Source: Candidatus Shapirobacteria bacterium (GTDB lineage: Bacteria > Patescibacteriota > Microgenomatia > UBA12405). From it: a stretch of DNA of 62,716 nucleotides. Location of the stretch: the NCBI GenBank assembly GCA_028700625.1, contig JAQVSI010000003.1, forward strand, positions 1 through 62,716, read 5' to 3'. Positions 1 to 9,207 of this stretch are shown here, one piece after another (within the stretch, counting starts at the first letter, position 1; each line of letters starts with the position of its first letter). A program made the position numbers and the translations under genes. Below the pieces are notes generated by a model, which ran no database searches, was not told where the DNA came from, and worked only from the letters and a program-made list of their open reading frames with translations.

Positions 1-2
1 TT

Positions 3-188
3 CACCTTTTAATTGGAGAAGATCTTGGATTAGAATTTTTAGAGCCTTGTGGTTTTGTTTATCAAAACTATGAAGCTGGTCCTCATCGAGGTATTGTTGG
101 TGTTATAGGTCCTGCTCGCTGCCGTTATCCTTATGTAGTTCCTGTTGTTGATTACTTTGCTGAACTACTTTCAACTATTAGTCGTTAA
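3..188 (+). CDS. hrcA: HrcA heat-shock repressor, C-terminal fragment (5' end outside window)
   Basis: Open frame from the window edge to TAA 186-188 translates ...GIVGVIGPARCRYPYVVPVVDYFAELLSTISR, matching the conserved HrcA C-terminus. It lies directly upstream of grpE-dnaK-dnaJ. Confidence 0.75.
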   Translation, partial: HLLIGEDLGLEFLEPCGFVYQNYEAGPHRGIVGVIGPARCRYPYVVPVVDYFAELLSTISR

Positions 189-197
189 TAAATCTTT

Positions 198-638
198 ATG
201 CCAAAAGATAAAAAAATAAAAAATCCTACTCAAGACGAAATAAATCTTTTGTCTGACAAATTAGCCAGATCTTTGGCTGATTATTCAAATTTAGAAAAAA
301 GAATAGAATCTCAACGTCAACTTTTTATTACTTTGGCCACTACTTCTATTTTAAGTAAAATGGTCGAAGTTTTAGATGACTTTTATCTAGCTCAAAATCA
401 TTTACAAGATCCTGGTCTTAAAATGGCCATAGACAAATTCAATTCAGTTCTAAAGACTGAAGGCTTAGAAGAAATCAATCCTCAAAACTTAGAATTTGAC
501 CCCCAATCAATGGAGTGTGTCCAGACAGTCGACGGTCGGGAAAACTTTGTAATTGAAGTCAGAAAACTAGGTTATAAATTAAACGGTCACCTTATCCGAC
601 CAGCTCAAGTTACTGTCGGAATGACTGACCAAAAATAA
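198..638 (+). CDS. grpE: Nucleotide exchange factor GrpE (short, 146 aa)
   Basis: GrpE-like coiled-coil N-half and C-terminal beta domain (FDPQSMECVQTV...GYKLNGHLIRPAQVTV). Operon position between hrcA and dnaK. Confidence 0.9.
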   Translation: MPKDKKIKNPTQDEINLLSDKLARSLADYSNLEKRIESQRQLFITLATTSILSKMVEVLDDFYLAQNHLQDPGLKMAIDKFNSVLKTEGLEEINPQNLEFDPQSMECVQTVDGRENFVIEVRKLGYKLNGHLIRPAQVTVGMTDQK

Positions 639-667
639 TTATTAATTGTTAATTAATTAAAAAAACT

Positions 668-2575
668 ATGTCAAACAAAATAATCGGAATCGACTTAGGT
701 ACAACTAATTCCTGTGTTGCTGTTATGGAAGCAGGAGTTCCAAAAGTTATCATTACCTCAGAAGGTCGTAATACTATTCCTTCAGTGGTTGAGCCAGTTA
801 AAAAATTAGTTGGTGATTTAGCCAAACGCCAAATGGTTCTTAATTCTCAAAACACTATCTATAGTGTCAAACGTCTAATGGGACGTCGAATGGACGATCC
901 TGAGGTCAAAAAAACTCAAACTGTTGCTCCTTACAAGATTATTTCTGGTAAAGACAATACAGCTTCTGTTGAAGTTAACGGTAAAGCTTACACTCCACAA
1001 GAAATTTCGGCTATGATTTTACAGAAATGTAAAGCTGATGCTGAAAAATATCTTGGTGAAAAAGTCACTGATGCTGTTATTACAGTTCCTGCATATTTTG
1101 ATGATTCTCAACGTCAAGCTACTAAACAAGCTGGCGAAATTGCTGGTCTTAATGTTCAAAGAATTGTTAATGAACCAACTGCTGCTGCTTTGGCCTATGG
1201 TCTCGATAAAAAAGGCAATGAATTAGTTGCAGTCTACGATTTAGGTGGAGGTACTTTTGATATTTCCATTCTCGAAATCGGTGATGGTATTTTTGAAGTG
1301 AAATCTACTAATGGCGATACTTTCCTTGGTGGAGACGATTTTGATCAAAAAATCATTACTTGGATTATTGATGATTTCCAAAAACAAAATGGAGTTGACT
1401 TATCTAAAGATTCTCAAGCTCTTCAACGAGTCAGAGAAGCTGCTGAAAAAGCTAAAATTGAGCTTAGTAATGCCGCTGAAACTGAAATCAACTTACCATT
1501 TATCACTCAAAAAGACGGTAATCCTTTGCATTTAACTAAAAAATTAACTAGATCTGAACTAGAAAAATTAGTTGACGAATTAATTCAAAAAACTATTGGT
1601 CCAGTTGAAAAAGCTCTTAAAGATGCCAAAGTTACCAAAAGTGATATTAAAGAAATCATTATGGTTGGAGGCATGACTCGTATGCCAAAAGTCCAAGAAG
1701 TTATTAAAAATTTCTTTGGTAAAGAACTAAACAACACTGTTAATCCAGATGAAGTTGTTGCTATTGGTGCTGCTGTCCAAGGTGCTGTGTTAACTGGTGA
1801 GGTTAAAGATGTTGTCCTATTAGATGTCACTCCTTTAACTCTTGGGATTGAGACTGCTGGAGGTGTTAGAACTCCTCTTATCGACAGAAATACCACTGTT
1901 CCAACCAAAAAATCTCAAATATTCACTACCTATGCCGACAGTCAACCTCAAGTTGAAATCAATGTCTTGCAAGGTGAAAGACCAATGGCTATCGACAATA
2001 AAACCCTCGGTCGATTTGTGTTAGATGGTATTCCTCCTGCACCTCGTGGTACCCCTCAAATCGAAGTCACTTTCGATATTGATAGTAATGGTATTCTCTC
2101 TGTTTCTGCCAAAGATAAGGGCACAAACAAAGAACAAAAGATTACCATTCAAAATGCTACCAATCTAAAAGAAGAAGAGATTGAGCAAATGAAAAAAGAA
2201 GCAGAGGCTCATGCTAGAGAAGACGAAGAAAAGAAAGGTTTAGCTGAAAGTCGAAATAAATTGGATGGTACTATTTTTTCTGGTGAAAAAACATTAAAAG
2301 ATTTTGCCGATAAAGTTAAACCAGAAGATAAAGAGCAGATTGAAAATAAACTTAAAGAAGCTCGTGAAATTTTGGCTAAAACTGATGCCAAAAAAGATGA
2401 ACTCGACAAATCTTCAGAGGAATTAAATCAAATTCTTCAAACAGTTGGTGCTGCTATTTATCAACAGCAACAACCTGGCCAACCAGGATCTGAAGGTGAA
2501 GCTCAACCAAAAGCTGAAGAAAGCGCTAAAGCCGATGATAAAAAAGAAGCCGAAGAAGGGGAAGTGGTACAATAA
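668..2575 (+). CDS. dnaK: Chaperone DnaK (Hsp70)
   Basis: 635 aa with Hsp70 signatures [34 protein letters not shown]. Confidence 0.98.
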   Translation: MSNKIIGIDLGTTNSCVAVMEAGVPKVIITSEGRNTIPSVVEPVKKLVGDLAKRQMVLNSQNTIYSVKRLMGRRMDDPEVKKTQTVAPYKIISGKDNTASVEVNGKAYTPQEISAMILQKCKADAEKYLGEKVTDAVITVPAYFDDSQRQATKQAGEIAGLNVQRIVNEPTAAALAYGLDKKGNELVAVYDLGGGTFDISILEIGDGIFEVKSTNGDTFLGGDDFDQKIITWIIDDFQKQNGVDLSKDSQALQRVREAAEKAKIELSNAAETEINLPFITQKDGNPLHLTKKLTRSELEKLVDELIQKTIGPVEKALKDAKVTKSDIKEIIMVGGMTRMPKVQEVIKNFFGKELNNTVNPDEVVAIGAAVQGAVLTGEVKDVVLLDVTPLTLGIETAGGVRTPLIDRNTTVPTKKSQIFTTYADSQPQVEINVLQGERPMAIDNKTLGRFVLDGIPPAPRGTPQIEVTFDIDSNGILSVSAKDKGTNKEQKITIQNATNLKEEEIEQMKKEAEAHAREDEEKKGLAESRNKLDGTIFSGEKTLKDFADKVKPEDKEQIENKLKEAREILAKTDAKKDELDKSSEELNQILQTVGAAIYQQQQPGQPGSEGEAQPKAEESAKADDKKEAEEGEVVQ

Positions 2576-2587
2576 AAAAAATACAGT

Positions 2588-2613
2588 AAGGGCGGACCGA
2601 CGTGTCCGCCCTT
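2588..2613 (+). terminator. GC-rich stem-loop between dnaK and dnaJ (partial terminator or stabiliser)
   Basis: aagggcggac-cgacgt-gtccgccctt, a 10-bp stem about a dozen nt after the dnaK stop. There is no 3' T-run, and an A-run sits on the 5' side. Confidence 0.4.
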
Positions 2614-2627
2614 AACTCAAAAACAAA

Positions 2628-3485
2628 ATGAAAAAAGATTTTTACGAATTATTGGGTGTTTCTAAAAATGCCAGTAAAGATGAAATTAAAAGCGCTTATA
2701 GAAAGTCGGCTTTAAAATTCCATCCCGACAAAAACAAAGCCCCCGACGCCGAAGAAAAATTCAAAGAAATCAACGAAGCCTATGAAGTTTTAAGTAATGA
2801 TCAAAAAAAATCTGCCTACGATCAATATGGTCATGCAGCTTTTGACCCATCTTCAGGCGGTTTTGGTGGTCGTACTTATACTCAACAAGACGGTACTCGT
2901 TTCACTTACACCCAAAGTGGTAACCCTTTTAGTGGTGCCGATTTTGATTTCGGTGGATTTAGCAATCCTTTTGATATTTTTGAACAATTTTTTGGAGGTT
3001 CTTTTGGTGGTGGTCAGCAAAGCCGTGGCAAGCGTATTGAAACTTATAAAATTAGTCTTTCTTTTTTAGATGCTGTTAACGGTTGTGAAAAAGATGTTTT
3101 AATTGACGGTCATAAAAAAAGCGTTAAAATTCCAGCCGGTGTCGACGATGGTCAAAAAATTCGTTTTTCTGATTTTGTTCTTTATGTTGATGTTTTGCCA
3201 GATAAAGTCTTCAAACGTGACGGTAATGATGTTTACATTAGCGTCAACATTAGTCTCACGCAAGCTATTTTTGGTGATACTGTTGAAGTTCCAACATTAA
3301 AAGATTCCTTAAAAGTCAGAATTAAACCAGGCACTCAACCAAACACTTTAGTTAGGTTAAAAAATCAGGGAATCAAAGATGTTAACGGCTATGGTCATGG
3401 TGATTTTTATATTCGTCTTTTTGTTGAAATTCCTACTAAATTAAACTCTCGTCAAAAAGACCTTCTAAAACAGCTCGATTTGTAA
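2628..3485 (+). CDS. dnaJ: J-domain co-chaperone, class B (CbpA-like, no zinc-finger domain)
   Basis: J domain with HPDKN, a G/F-rich linker and two C-terminal beta domains ([15 protein letters not shown]...). There is only one Cys in 285 aa, so no CxxCxGxG repeats. Confidence 0.9.
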   Translation: MKKDFYELLGVSKNASKDEIKSAYRKSALKFHPDKNKAPDAEEKFKEINEAYEVLSNDQKKSAYDQYGHAAFDPSSGGFGGRTYTQQDGTRFTYTQSGNPFSGADFDFGGFSNPFDIFEQFFGGSFGGGQQSRGKRIETYKISLSFLDAVNGCEKDVLIDGHKKSVKIPAGVDDGQKIRFSDFVLYVDVLPDKVFKRDGNDVYISVNISLTQAIFGDTVEVPTLKDSLKVRIKPGTQPNTLVRLKNQGIKDVNGYGHGDFYIRLFVEIPTKLNSRQKDLLKQLDL

Positions 3486-3521
3486 TTACCTTTCGTCCTT
3501 TAGGACTCATCAGTATAGCTT

Positions 3522-3561
3522 TTATTTATCTATAGAGGTAATTGGGACACAAGATAAATAA
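3522..3561. repeat. Perfect 10-bp inverted repeat with 20-nt spacer
   Basis: ttatttatct (3522-3531) and agataaataa (3552-3561) are exact reverse complements. They lie in the convergent dnaJ/orphan intergenic region. Confidence 0.6.
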
Positions 3562-3574
3562 TAATAAAAATTTT

Positions 3575-3590
3575 GTTTCGCGAACGAAAC
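3575..3590. terminator. Hairpin in convergent intergenic region (possible bidirectional terminator)
   Basis: gtttcg-cgaa-cgaaac, a 6-bp stem with T-rich sequence on both sides. It lies between the 3' ends of dnaJ (+) and the 3624-4136 gene (-). Confidence 0.45.
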
Positions 3591-3623
3591 TGATTTCTAT
3601 TTTTATTCATCTCATGTTCCGTA

Positions 3624-4136
3624 TTAAAATTGTGGAAAAAGATTGTTTTTTTTCAGAGATTGAATCACTTGATTACATGAATAATCACTGAAATTCCGGA
3701 TTTTTTTGAAAGGTATTATGTATTCTCCGTCTTTAAAAACTAACAATGATAAAAAATCAAAGACACAAAATATTTCCTTTCTTAATAAGGCATATTCAAT
3801 CTTTTTGACCAAATCTAGATCTTGGGTTTTTGTTCTTAATAAAATTTGATAGTTGTCACTAATAAAATTTTTCATTTCATTAGAAAGACCATCAAACCTA
3901 TCGGACTCCATGTTTTTGTAAATCAGCCTTACTATTTCTTCTTTTTCATCTGCAACATCTTTGTCAGTTCCGATTTGTAAATCTTCATTGATAAAAATCC
4001 AAAATATCATTTTGGGAAAATCTTTAGCAGATTTCCAACCATTGATAACAGATTTTTCATTAAAAATTACAAATTGAACCTGAAATTTCTTCATCAGCGA
4101 TTTGCTGATATGGTTCCTATCTATACTTGTCAACAT
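3624..4136 (-). CDS. Hypothetical protein (170 aa), orphan
   Basis: The track ORF is 3624..4172. I prefer the ATG at 4136 because GGAGGAG (4144-4150, minus strand) lies 7 nt upstream. No recognisable motif. Confidence 0.6.
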   Translation of the reverse strand: MLTSIDRNHISKSLMKKFQVQFVIFNEKSVINGWKSAKDFPKMIFWIFINEDLQIGTDKDVADEKEEIVRLIYKNMESDRFDGLSNEMKNFISDNYQILLRTKTQDLDLVKKIEYALLRKEIFCVFDFLSLLVFKDGEYIIPFKKIRNFSDYSCNQVIQSLKKNNLFPQF

Positions 4137-4283
4137 AATCTTACTCCTCCACAACATTTTTTCAAAGTACAACCTATATTATATCACAAAAGTAAATTAT
4201 AAGATAGTATTTAGGTTAAAAAAACAGTAAATTCCTATTTAAATTTTAATTTAAAGCTATTTTATGTATTTTTAACTTAATTC

Positions 4284-4292
4284 TGCTATAAT
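4284..4292 (+). promoter_or_regulatory. Extended -10 promoter (TGcTATAAT) upstream of nusA leader
   Basis: tgctataat at 4284-4292, about 78 nt upstream of the nusA ATG. Confidence 0.45.
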
Positions 4293-4324
4293 CTACACAT
4301 AATATTTTGCAGTGTTTTGATTAC

Positions 4325-4347
4325 GGGGCTACAAAGCCCCTTTTTTT
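4325..4347 (+). terminator. Intrinsic terminator inside the nusA leader
   Basis: ggggct-acaa-agcccc followed by T7 (4341-4347), ending 22 nt before the nusA ATG. Confidence 0.7.
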
Positions 4348-4369
4348 AATACTGCCAAAGGAAATAAAA

Positions 4370-5359
4370 ATGGACTTAAAAAAACTACCTAAAACAGAGT
4401 TTGCTGCCGCTGTCGCTCAGATTGCTGGCGAAAGAAACATTGACGTTCAATCTATTTTGGACTCTATCGAACTTGGTCTAATTTTTGCCTACAAACGTGA
4501 CCAAAAAGAACACGGCATTATTGTTCCAGAAGAAGATCAATTTATTTCCGAATTGTCACCAGAAATTGGCTCTTTCAGAGTCTACAAAATTGATGGTGAT
4601 AAAAAAGAAGACGTTACTCCTCCAGGTTTTGGTCGTATTGCTGCTCAAACTGCTAAACAAGTTATCGATCAAAAAATTCACGAAGCTGAAAAAGAAGCTG
4701 TCATTGCTGAGTTTGAACAAAAAATTGGTACTTTAATCTATTGCGTTGTTTTAAAAAATGATCCCTACAAAATGGTTGTTGGTGTTGGAAAAATCGAAGG
4801 AATTTGTCCAAAAGACGAACAAATTAGAAATGAAAATATTTCTCTTGGTAGTAAAAAATTGTTTTTATTAAAAGAAATCACTCGCGACGAACTTGGTCGA
4901 AGCGAAATTATTTTATCTCGTAGAGATAATGATTTTATTAAAGAACTCTTTGTTAAAGAAGTTCCAGAAGTTGCCAATGGTTCAGTGGTTATTGAAAAAA
5001 TAGCCCGAACTGCAGGTGAAAGAAGCAAAGTTGCTGTTTCTTCAAGTCAACCAGGCATTGACCCTGTTGGTTCTTGTATTGGTCAAAAAGGTTCTCGTAT
5101 TCAAGCCATTTTAAGTGAATTACCAACTGATGAAAAAGTTGATGTTGTTGCTTATTCTCAAAATTTAAACCAATTTATTGCTCAAGCTCTTTCTCCAGCT
5201 CAAGACGTAAAAGTTATTGAAGTTAAAAATAACTATGCCAATGTTACAGTGCCAGAACCACAATTAGCTCTCGCTATTGGTGGTGGTGGTGAAAATGTTC
5301 GTTTGGCTGGTCAATTAGTTGGTCTCGAAATTAAACTTACTCAAGAGGCTACATCTTAA
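4370..5359 (+). CDS. nusA: Transcription termination/antitermination factor NusA
   Basis: N-terminal domain, S1-like region and two KH regions (GSCIGQKGSRIQAI, ALAIGGGGENVRLAGQL). The track start (TTG 4307) would run through the terminator hairpin, so I use ATG 4370, preceded by aaagga. Confidence 0.92.
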   Translation: MDLKKLPKTEFAAAVAQIAGERNIDVQSILDSIELGLIFAYKRDQKEHGIIVPEEDQFISELSPEIGSFRVYKIDGDKKEDVTPPGFGRIAAQTAKQVIDQKIHEAEKEAVIAEFEQKIGTLIYCVVLKNDPYKMVVGVGKIEGICPKDEQIRNENISLGSKKLFLLKEITRDELGRSEIILSRRDNDFIKELFVKEVPEVANGSVVIEKIARTAGERSKVAVSSSQPGIDPVGSCIGQKGSRIQAILSELPTDEKVDVVAYSQNLNQFIAQALSPAQDVKVIEVKNNYANVTVPEPQLALAIGGGGENVRLAGQLVGLEIKLTQEATS

Positions 5360-5395
5360 GAGTAATTTGTTTCTATTATTTCTTAAAATCTAAAT

Positions 5396-6832
5396 ATGAC
5401 TACTGATAATAAATTAACTCGTCCACCAATTGTTGCCGTTATGGGTCATATCGATCACGGTAAAACTTCTCTTTTAGATAAAATTCGATCTACTAATATT
5501 TGGAAAAAAGAGGCTGGTGGTATTACTCAACACATAGGTGCCTATCAAGCAAAATTTATCGAAAAAGACGGTAAGGTTAAATTAATTACTTTTATTGATA
5601 CTCCTGGACATGCTGCTTTTATCAACATGCGTGCTTGTGGTGCCAAAGCCACAGACATGGTCGTTTTAGTCGTTTCTGCTGTTGAAGGTATTATGCCTCA
5701 AACAAAAGAATGTCTTAAACACATCAAAAAAACTGATCTTCCTTTTATTGTGGCCATGAATAAAATGGATCTTGAAAATGCTTCTCCAGATAAGGTTAAA
5801 GGTCAATTAGTCGAGTTAGGTTACACTCCAGAAGAATATGGTGGTCAAATCGCTGTTATTCCTGTCTCAGCCAAAACAGGTAAAGGTATTGATGAATTAA
5901 TGGAGATGATTTTAATTAATGCGGAAGTTCTCGAATTAGAAGCCAATCCAGAAGCTTGTTTTGAAGCTGTTATTATTGAATCTCGTCTCGATAAAAATCG
6001 TGGTCCAGTCGCTTCTCTTATTATTAAAAACGGCACTCTTAAAATTGGTGACTTAGTTTATTCCGAAGACATTCTTTGTAAAGTTAAAGCTTTAACCGAC
6101 TGTAATGGATTATCTTTAAAAGAAGCTGGTCCCAGTGTTCCTGTTGAAGTCTTAGGTTTTGAAAAAGTTCCTGCTGTTAGCTCATTGGTACTTTCCACCA
6201 AAACAGAATGTTTAATTAATAATAAAGAACATAAAGTTTTACTTGAATCTACCGAAGAAAATCCAAAATTAAAAGTAATTTTAAAAGCTGATGTCAAAGG
6301 TACTCTTGAGGCTCTTGAAAACAGTTTTAATGATGATGTTATAGTAATTTCTGCTGGTATCGGTGCCGTTACAGATAATGATGTATTTCTAGCTGAAGCT
6401 TCCAAGGCTCAAATTTTTGCTTTTAATGTTTCTAGTTCAAAACACATTGCTCAAATTGCCGAAGGTGCCAAGGTTAGAGTTTTTGAATCTCGAATAATTT
6501 ATGAAATTATTGAAGACATTCAAAACCAAGTTTTGAGACTTTTAGAACCTACTATCGATGAAACTGTTCTCGGTGAAGGTTTAATTAAAGCTGAATTTAA
6601 AATTGATAAAGTTCGTATTTCAGGGGTTCAATGTGTTAAAGGTGAAATTAACAAAGGAGATTTAATTCACCTCAAGCGCGATGGTAAAATTATCAAAGAC
6701 ACCAAGGTTGAAGGTATTCACCAAGGTAAGGACATTGTTGATAAATTAAAGTCAGGTAATGATTGCGGCATGACTTTTAAGCCTTATATTGACTTTAAGA
6801 TTGGGGATGATATAATAGCCTATAAGAATTAA
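5396..6832 (+). CDS. infB: Translation initiation factor IF-2, N-terminally minimal (478 aa)
   Basis: G-domain motifs [21 protein letters not shown]. The protein begins about 10 aa before the P-loop. Follows nusA as in the canonical operon. Confidence 0.95.
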   Translation: MTTDNKLTRPPIVAVMGHIDHGKTSLLDKIRSTNIWKKEAGGITQHIGAYQAKFIEKDGKVKLITFIDTPGHAAFINMRACGAKATDMVVLVVSAVEGIMPQTKECLKHIKKTDLPFIVAMNKMDLENASPDKVKGQLVELGYTPEEYGGQIAVIPVSAKTGKGIDELMEMILINAEVLELEANPEACFEAVIIESRLDKNRGPVASLIIKNGTLKIGDLVYSEDILCKVKALTDCNGLSLKEAGPSVPVEVLGFEKVPAVSSLVLSTKTECLINNKEHKVLLESTEENPKLKVILKADVKGTLEALENSFNDDVIVISAGIGAVTDNDVFLAEASKAQIFAFNVSSSKHIAQIAEGAKVRVFESRIIYEIIEDIQNQVLRLLEPTIDETVLGEGLIKAEFKIDKVRISGVQCVKGEINKGDLIHLKRDGKIIKDTKVEGIHQGKDIVDKLKSGNDCGMTFKPYIDFKIGDDIIAYKN

Positions 6833-6849
6833 AAACAAGCAGGGTTTTT

Positions 6850-7545
6850 ATGAAAAACTATAATGTTTCTGAAATCAAAAATTTACTTACAACTGCCAAA
6901 ACAGCTTTAATTGCTGTTCCTCAACTTAGCGTTGATTCAATCGGTTCAGCTTTAGCCTTAGCTTTGCTTTTAAAAAAATCCAATATTACTGCTAAAGTTT
7001 TTTGTCCTCAAAAAACTGACGCTAACTATACTAAATTAAGTGGTCTTGAACTTTTAACTGATATTTATAATCCAAACGATTTAATTGTCACCTTAGACTA
7101 TCCTTTAGATCAAATTGAAAAAGTTACCTACAATCAAGATAATGGTAAGTTAAATTTAGTTGTTCAAACCAAAGAAGGTTCTCCAAAAGTTGCTGAAAAT
7201 CAAATTTTAATCAGTAATCAAGCCAGTGCCGCTGATATTAATTTTATCTTTGGTGATGAAGCTCTTTTAGGTGCTCATTCCAATATTGTTAATAAAGGAA
7301 ACTGGATTAATATTTCTCCAAATAGCATTGAAAAACCATGGGCTAAGGCCAATGTATTTGATCAAGATGCTCCTTTCTCTGAGATTTTAACTTTTCTTTT
7401 GCCAATGCTTGGTTTGGAATTAAATCCAGATTCAGCCAAAAATCTTTTAATTGCTCTTCGAGTTGCTACTCAATCTTTTTCAATAAATGTTTCTCCGGAA
7501 ACTTTTGAAGCTGGCGCTCTTTGTCTTCGTGCCACTCAAGCTTAA
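6850..7545 (+). CDS. DHH-family (NrnA-like) domain protein, apparently degenerate
   Basis: N-terminus IAVPQLSVDSIGSALALALLLKK resembles the NrnA HxxPDGDAxGS motif, but with the Asp residues replaced. There is no DHH triad and no DHHA1 domain. Position after infB is typical for nrnA. Confidence 0.45.
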   Translation: MKNYNVSEIKNLLTTAKTALIAVPQLSVDSIGSALALALLLKKSNITAKVFCPQKTDANYTKLSGLELLTDIYNPNDLIVTLDYPLDQIEKVTYNQDNGKLNLVVQTKEGSPKVAENQILISNQASAADINFIFGDEALLGAHSNIVNKGNWINISPNSIEKPWAKANVFDQDAPFSEILTFLLPMLGLELNPDSAKNLLIALRVATQSFSINVSPETFEAGALCLRATQA

Positions 7546-7565
7546 TTTTTACTAAACAATTTAAA

Positions 7566-7588
7566 AGCCTCCATTTGGGGGCTTTTTT
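7566..7588 (+). terminator. Intrinsic terminator after the nusA-infB-DHH unit
   Basis: agcctcc-attt-gggggct followed by tttttt. Confidence 0.75.
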
Positions 7589-7667
7589 GATGCTTTTTGA
7601 TATTTTTTGTGTTAAAATCCACTGTTCTTTAAAAACAGGTGTGAATATAGAGAGGGGAAAAATTAAT

Positions 7668-7865
7668 ATGAAAACGATAAGTCAGATAAAGAAACATCTT
7701 ATTGGCAAAATTGAAGGATTGAAGTTTGAGCTCAAAACAATTCAGGGTTATCTTAGTAGCCACAAAGGTAATCCTTCTTACGTGAAGGAAAGGAAAAAAG
7801 AAATCACTGAATTGGAAATCAAGATAGAAGCGTTGGAAGAATTATTAAAAGATATCAAAAACTAA
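7668..7865 (+). CDS. Small coiled-coil protein (65 aa), paralog of the next gene
   Basis: The track ORF starts at 7521 but overlaps the upstream terminator. ATG 7668 is preceded by gagagggg. Heptad-like K/E-rich sequence. Confidence 0.6.
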   Translation: MKTISQIKKHLIGKIEGLKFELKTIQGYLSSHKGNPSYVKERKKEITELEIKIEALEELLKDIKN

Positions 7866-7881
7866 AAGAAAGGAGAATCTA

Positions 7882-8082
7882 ATGATGAAGGAAATAACAG
7901 AAGTAATCAAACATTTGGATAGAGAAATTGCAAAAATAGACAAAGATCTTTCAGAAAAGAACAAAGAAATTTCAGTCAACACTCAAAATGGTAACTCCAA
8001 TTCTAGTCTGATAGGGGAAGTCTGTACTCTTGTTTCCAAAAGACAAACTCTATCTGAAGTACTAGAAGCAATAAAGAAATAA
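7882..8082 (+). CDS. Small coiled-coil protein (66 aa), paralog of the previous gene
   Basis: aaggaga SD 6 nt upstream. ITEVIKHLDREIAKI / LSEVLEAIKK parallels ISQIKKHLIGKIEGL / LEELLKDIKN in the upstream gene. Confidence 0.6.
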   Translation: MMKEITEVIKHLDREIAKIDKDLSEKNKEISVNTQNGNSNSSLIGEVCTLVSKRQTLSEVLEAIKK

Positions 8083-8094
8083 TTTCCAGTTGGC

Positions 8095-8131
8095 GGTTGA
8101 AGCAATTAATATAGCATTTTTTGCTTCAACC
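8095..8131 (+). terminator. Long hairpin after the small-protein pair
   Basis: ggttgaagcaa-(15 nt)-ttgcttcaacc, an 11-bp perfect stem with no clear T-run. Confidence 0.5.
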
Positions 8132-8197
8132 TATTCTAAAACCTTCTTTTTCCTATCCACACCTGTTATATTCCCTTAATATCTACTATAATTAATT

Positions 8198-9121
8198 ATG
8201 GAAAACATAAATCAAATACCTGAAACTCAACCTATTCAGCCTGTACAATAAGTTCCAACTAAAAACATTTTTAAATATTTATTTATCGTTTCTATTTTTA
8301 TTATTTTAGGAATAATTATTGCTTTTTATTTTGTTTTAAACAATAAAATTAACCAATTAAGTAATAAACAAACTACTGAAATAACTCCAATTCCAACTGC
8401 TATTCCAACTACTATAAAAACTCCAACATTCGATATTCAATCACTCTTTAATCAAATTGTTGATCGGCTTAAACAAGAAAAAAACACCTCAAGTTCTATG
8501 TATCAGCTTTCAAATACTTGGTGGATTGACAATAATAATCTAAATCTAAACATACCAACTAATTTACATTTCACGACTAAAATTACTACTGACTATAATC
8601 AAACCTTTGATAATCTAAATAAAATTGTTAGTGATAGCTTAATTGAAAATAGTTTCGTTATTAACACCAAAAATTCTTCAACAAGCAAAACAGATGAACG
8701 ATTTTATGATTATATCCAAGCTTATGAATTAAATAATATTAGATGCATAACCACTTCACAATATGATGTAAATCAATTTATTTTTCAATGTTTTACTGAT
8801 GATCAAATTACTCAAACTCGAAATCAACAACAGCCATTTTTAGAACTAATACCTAAAGATTCAATCATCAGCAATCTCAAGATTATTAATGACGAAGCTA
8901 GTGCTAATGTAAATTCTAGAAGAGGTGGTGGTTTTGGACTTTTTTATAAAGAAAATAATATTTGGAAATTAATTTCTATTAGTCAAGACTCACCATATTG
9001 TGATCAATTGTCTCAAAAAAATATTCCCGCCAAACATTGGCCAGACTGTTATTTAGATAATATCGGTACTGTCAAGAATGGGATTTTCAATGAAAAACTT
9101 TACAAAAATCTAATCAATTAA
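8198..9121 (+). pseudogene. Membrane-anchored hypothetical protein interrupted by one in-frame TAA (8249-8251)
   Basis: ATG 8198 has a TATAAT box 5 nt upstream and is in frame with track ORF 8498..9121. The frame is open from 8252 to 9121 and encodes a TM helix (IFKYLFIVSIFIILGIIIAFYFVL) with no ATG/GTG/TTG before it. Confidence 0.55.
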
Positions 9122-9207
9122 TGTGTTATAATCATTCCTGACTAAAAACGGTTTTTTGGTAGCCATTCCAAAATATTATAAATTCACCGATTTTAGCCTT
9201 ATAATCT

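Noticed and set aside
1038-2409. Track ORFs nested in or antisense to dnaK (1038-1226, 1311-1535, 1585-1908, 1842-2024, 2209-2409). Similar nested ORFs occur inside infB, pnp, rnj, rpoB, rpoC, fusA, tuf, r-protein genes and others.
   Set aside because: They lie wholly within strongly supported conserved CDSs, have low-complexity L/K/S-rich translations typical of off-frame AT-rich sequence, and have no start signals.
3486-3623. Intergenic regions longer than 80 nt (3486-3623, 4137-4369, 9122-9207, 12829-13045, 42962-43089, 45193-45453, 61177-61296, 61866-62092) scanned for tRNA, tmRNA or SRP RNA genes.
   Set aside because: No cloverleaf-compatible arms or GTTCGAATC-type T-loop boxes were seen. 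Only the hairpins and promoters listed above were found.
4307-4369. N-terminal extensions offered by the ORF track: nusA 4307, 7521, 11716, rplD 47538, rplO 54622, miaB-like 28123, orphan 4172, oxidoreductase 42967.
   Set aside because: The extensions overlap upstream genes or terminator hairpins, or begin at TTG. Downstream ATGs fit the gene boundaries and the conserved N-termini better.
9200-9205. TATAAT box only 2 nt upstream of the rpsO ATG as another leaderless promoter.
   Set aside because: The spacing is too short to place the TSS at the start codon. The extended -10 box at 9125-9133 (tgtTATAAT), with a ~70-nt leader, is the more plausible rpsO promoter.
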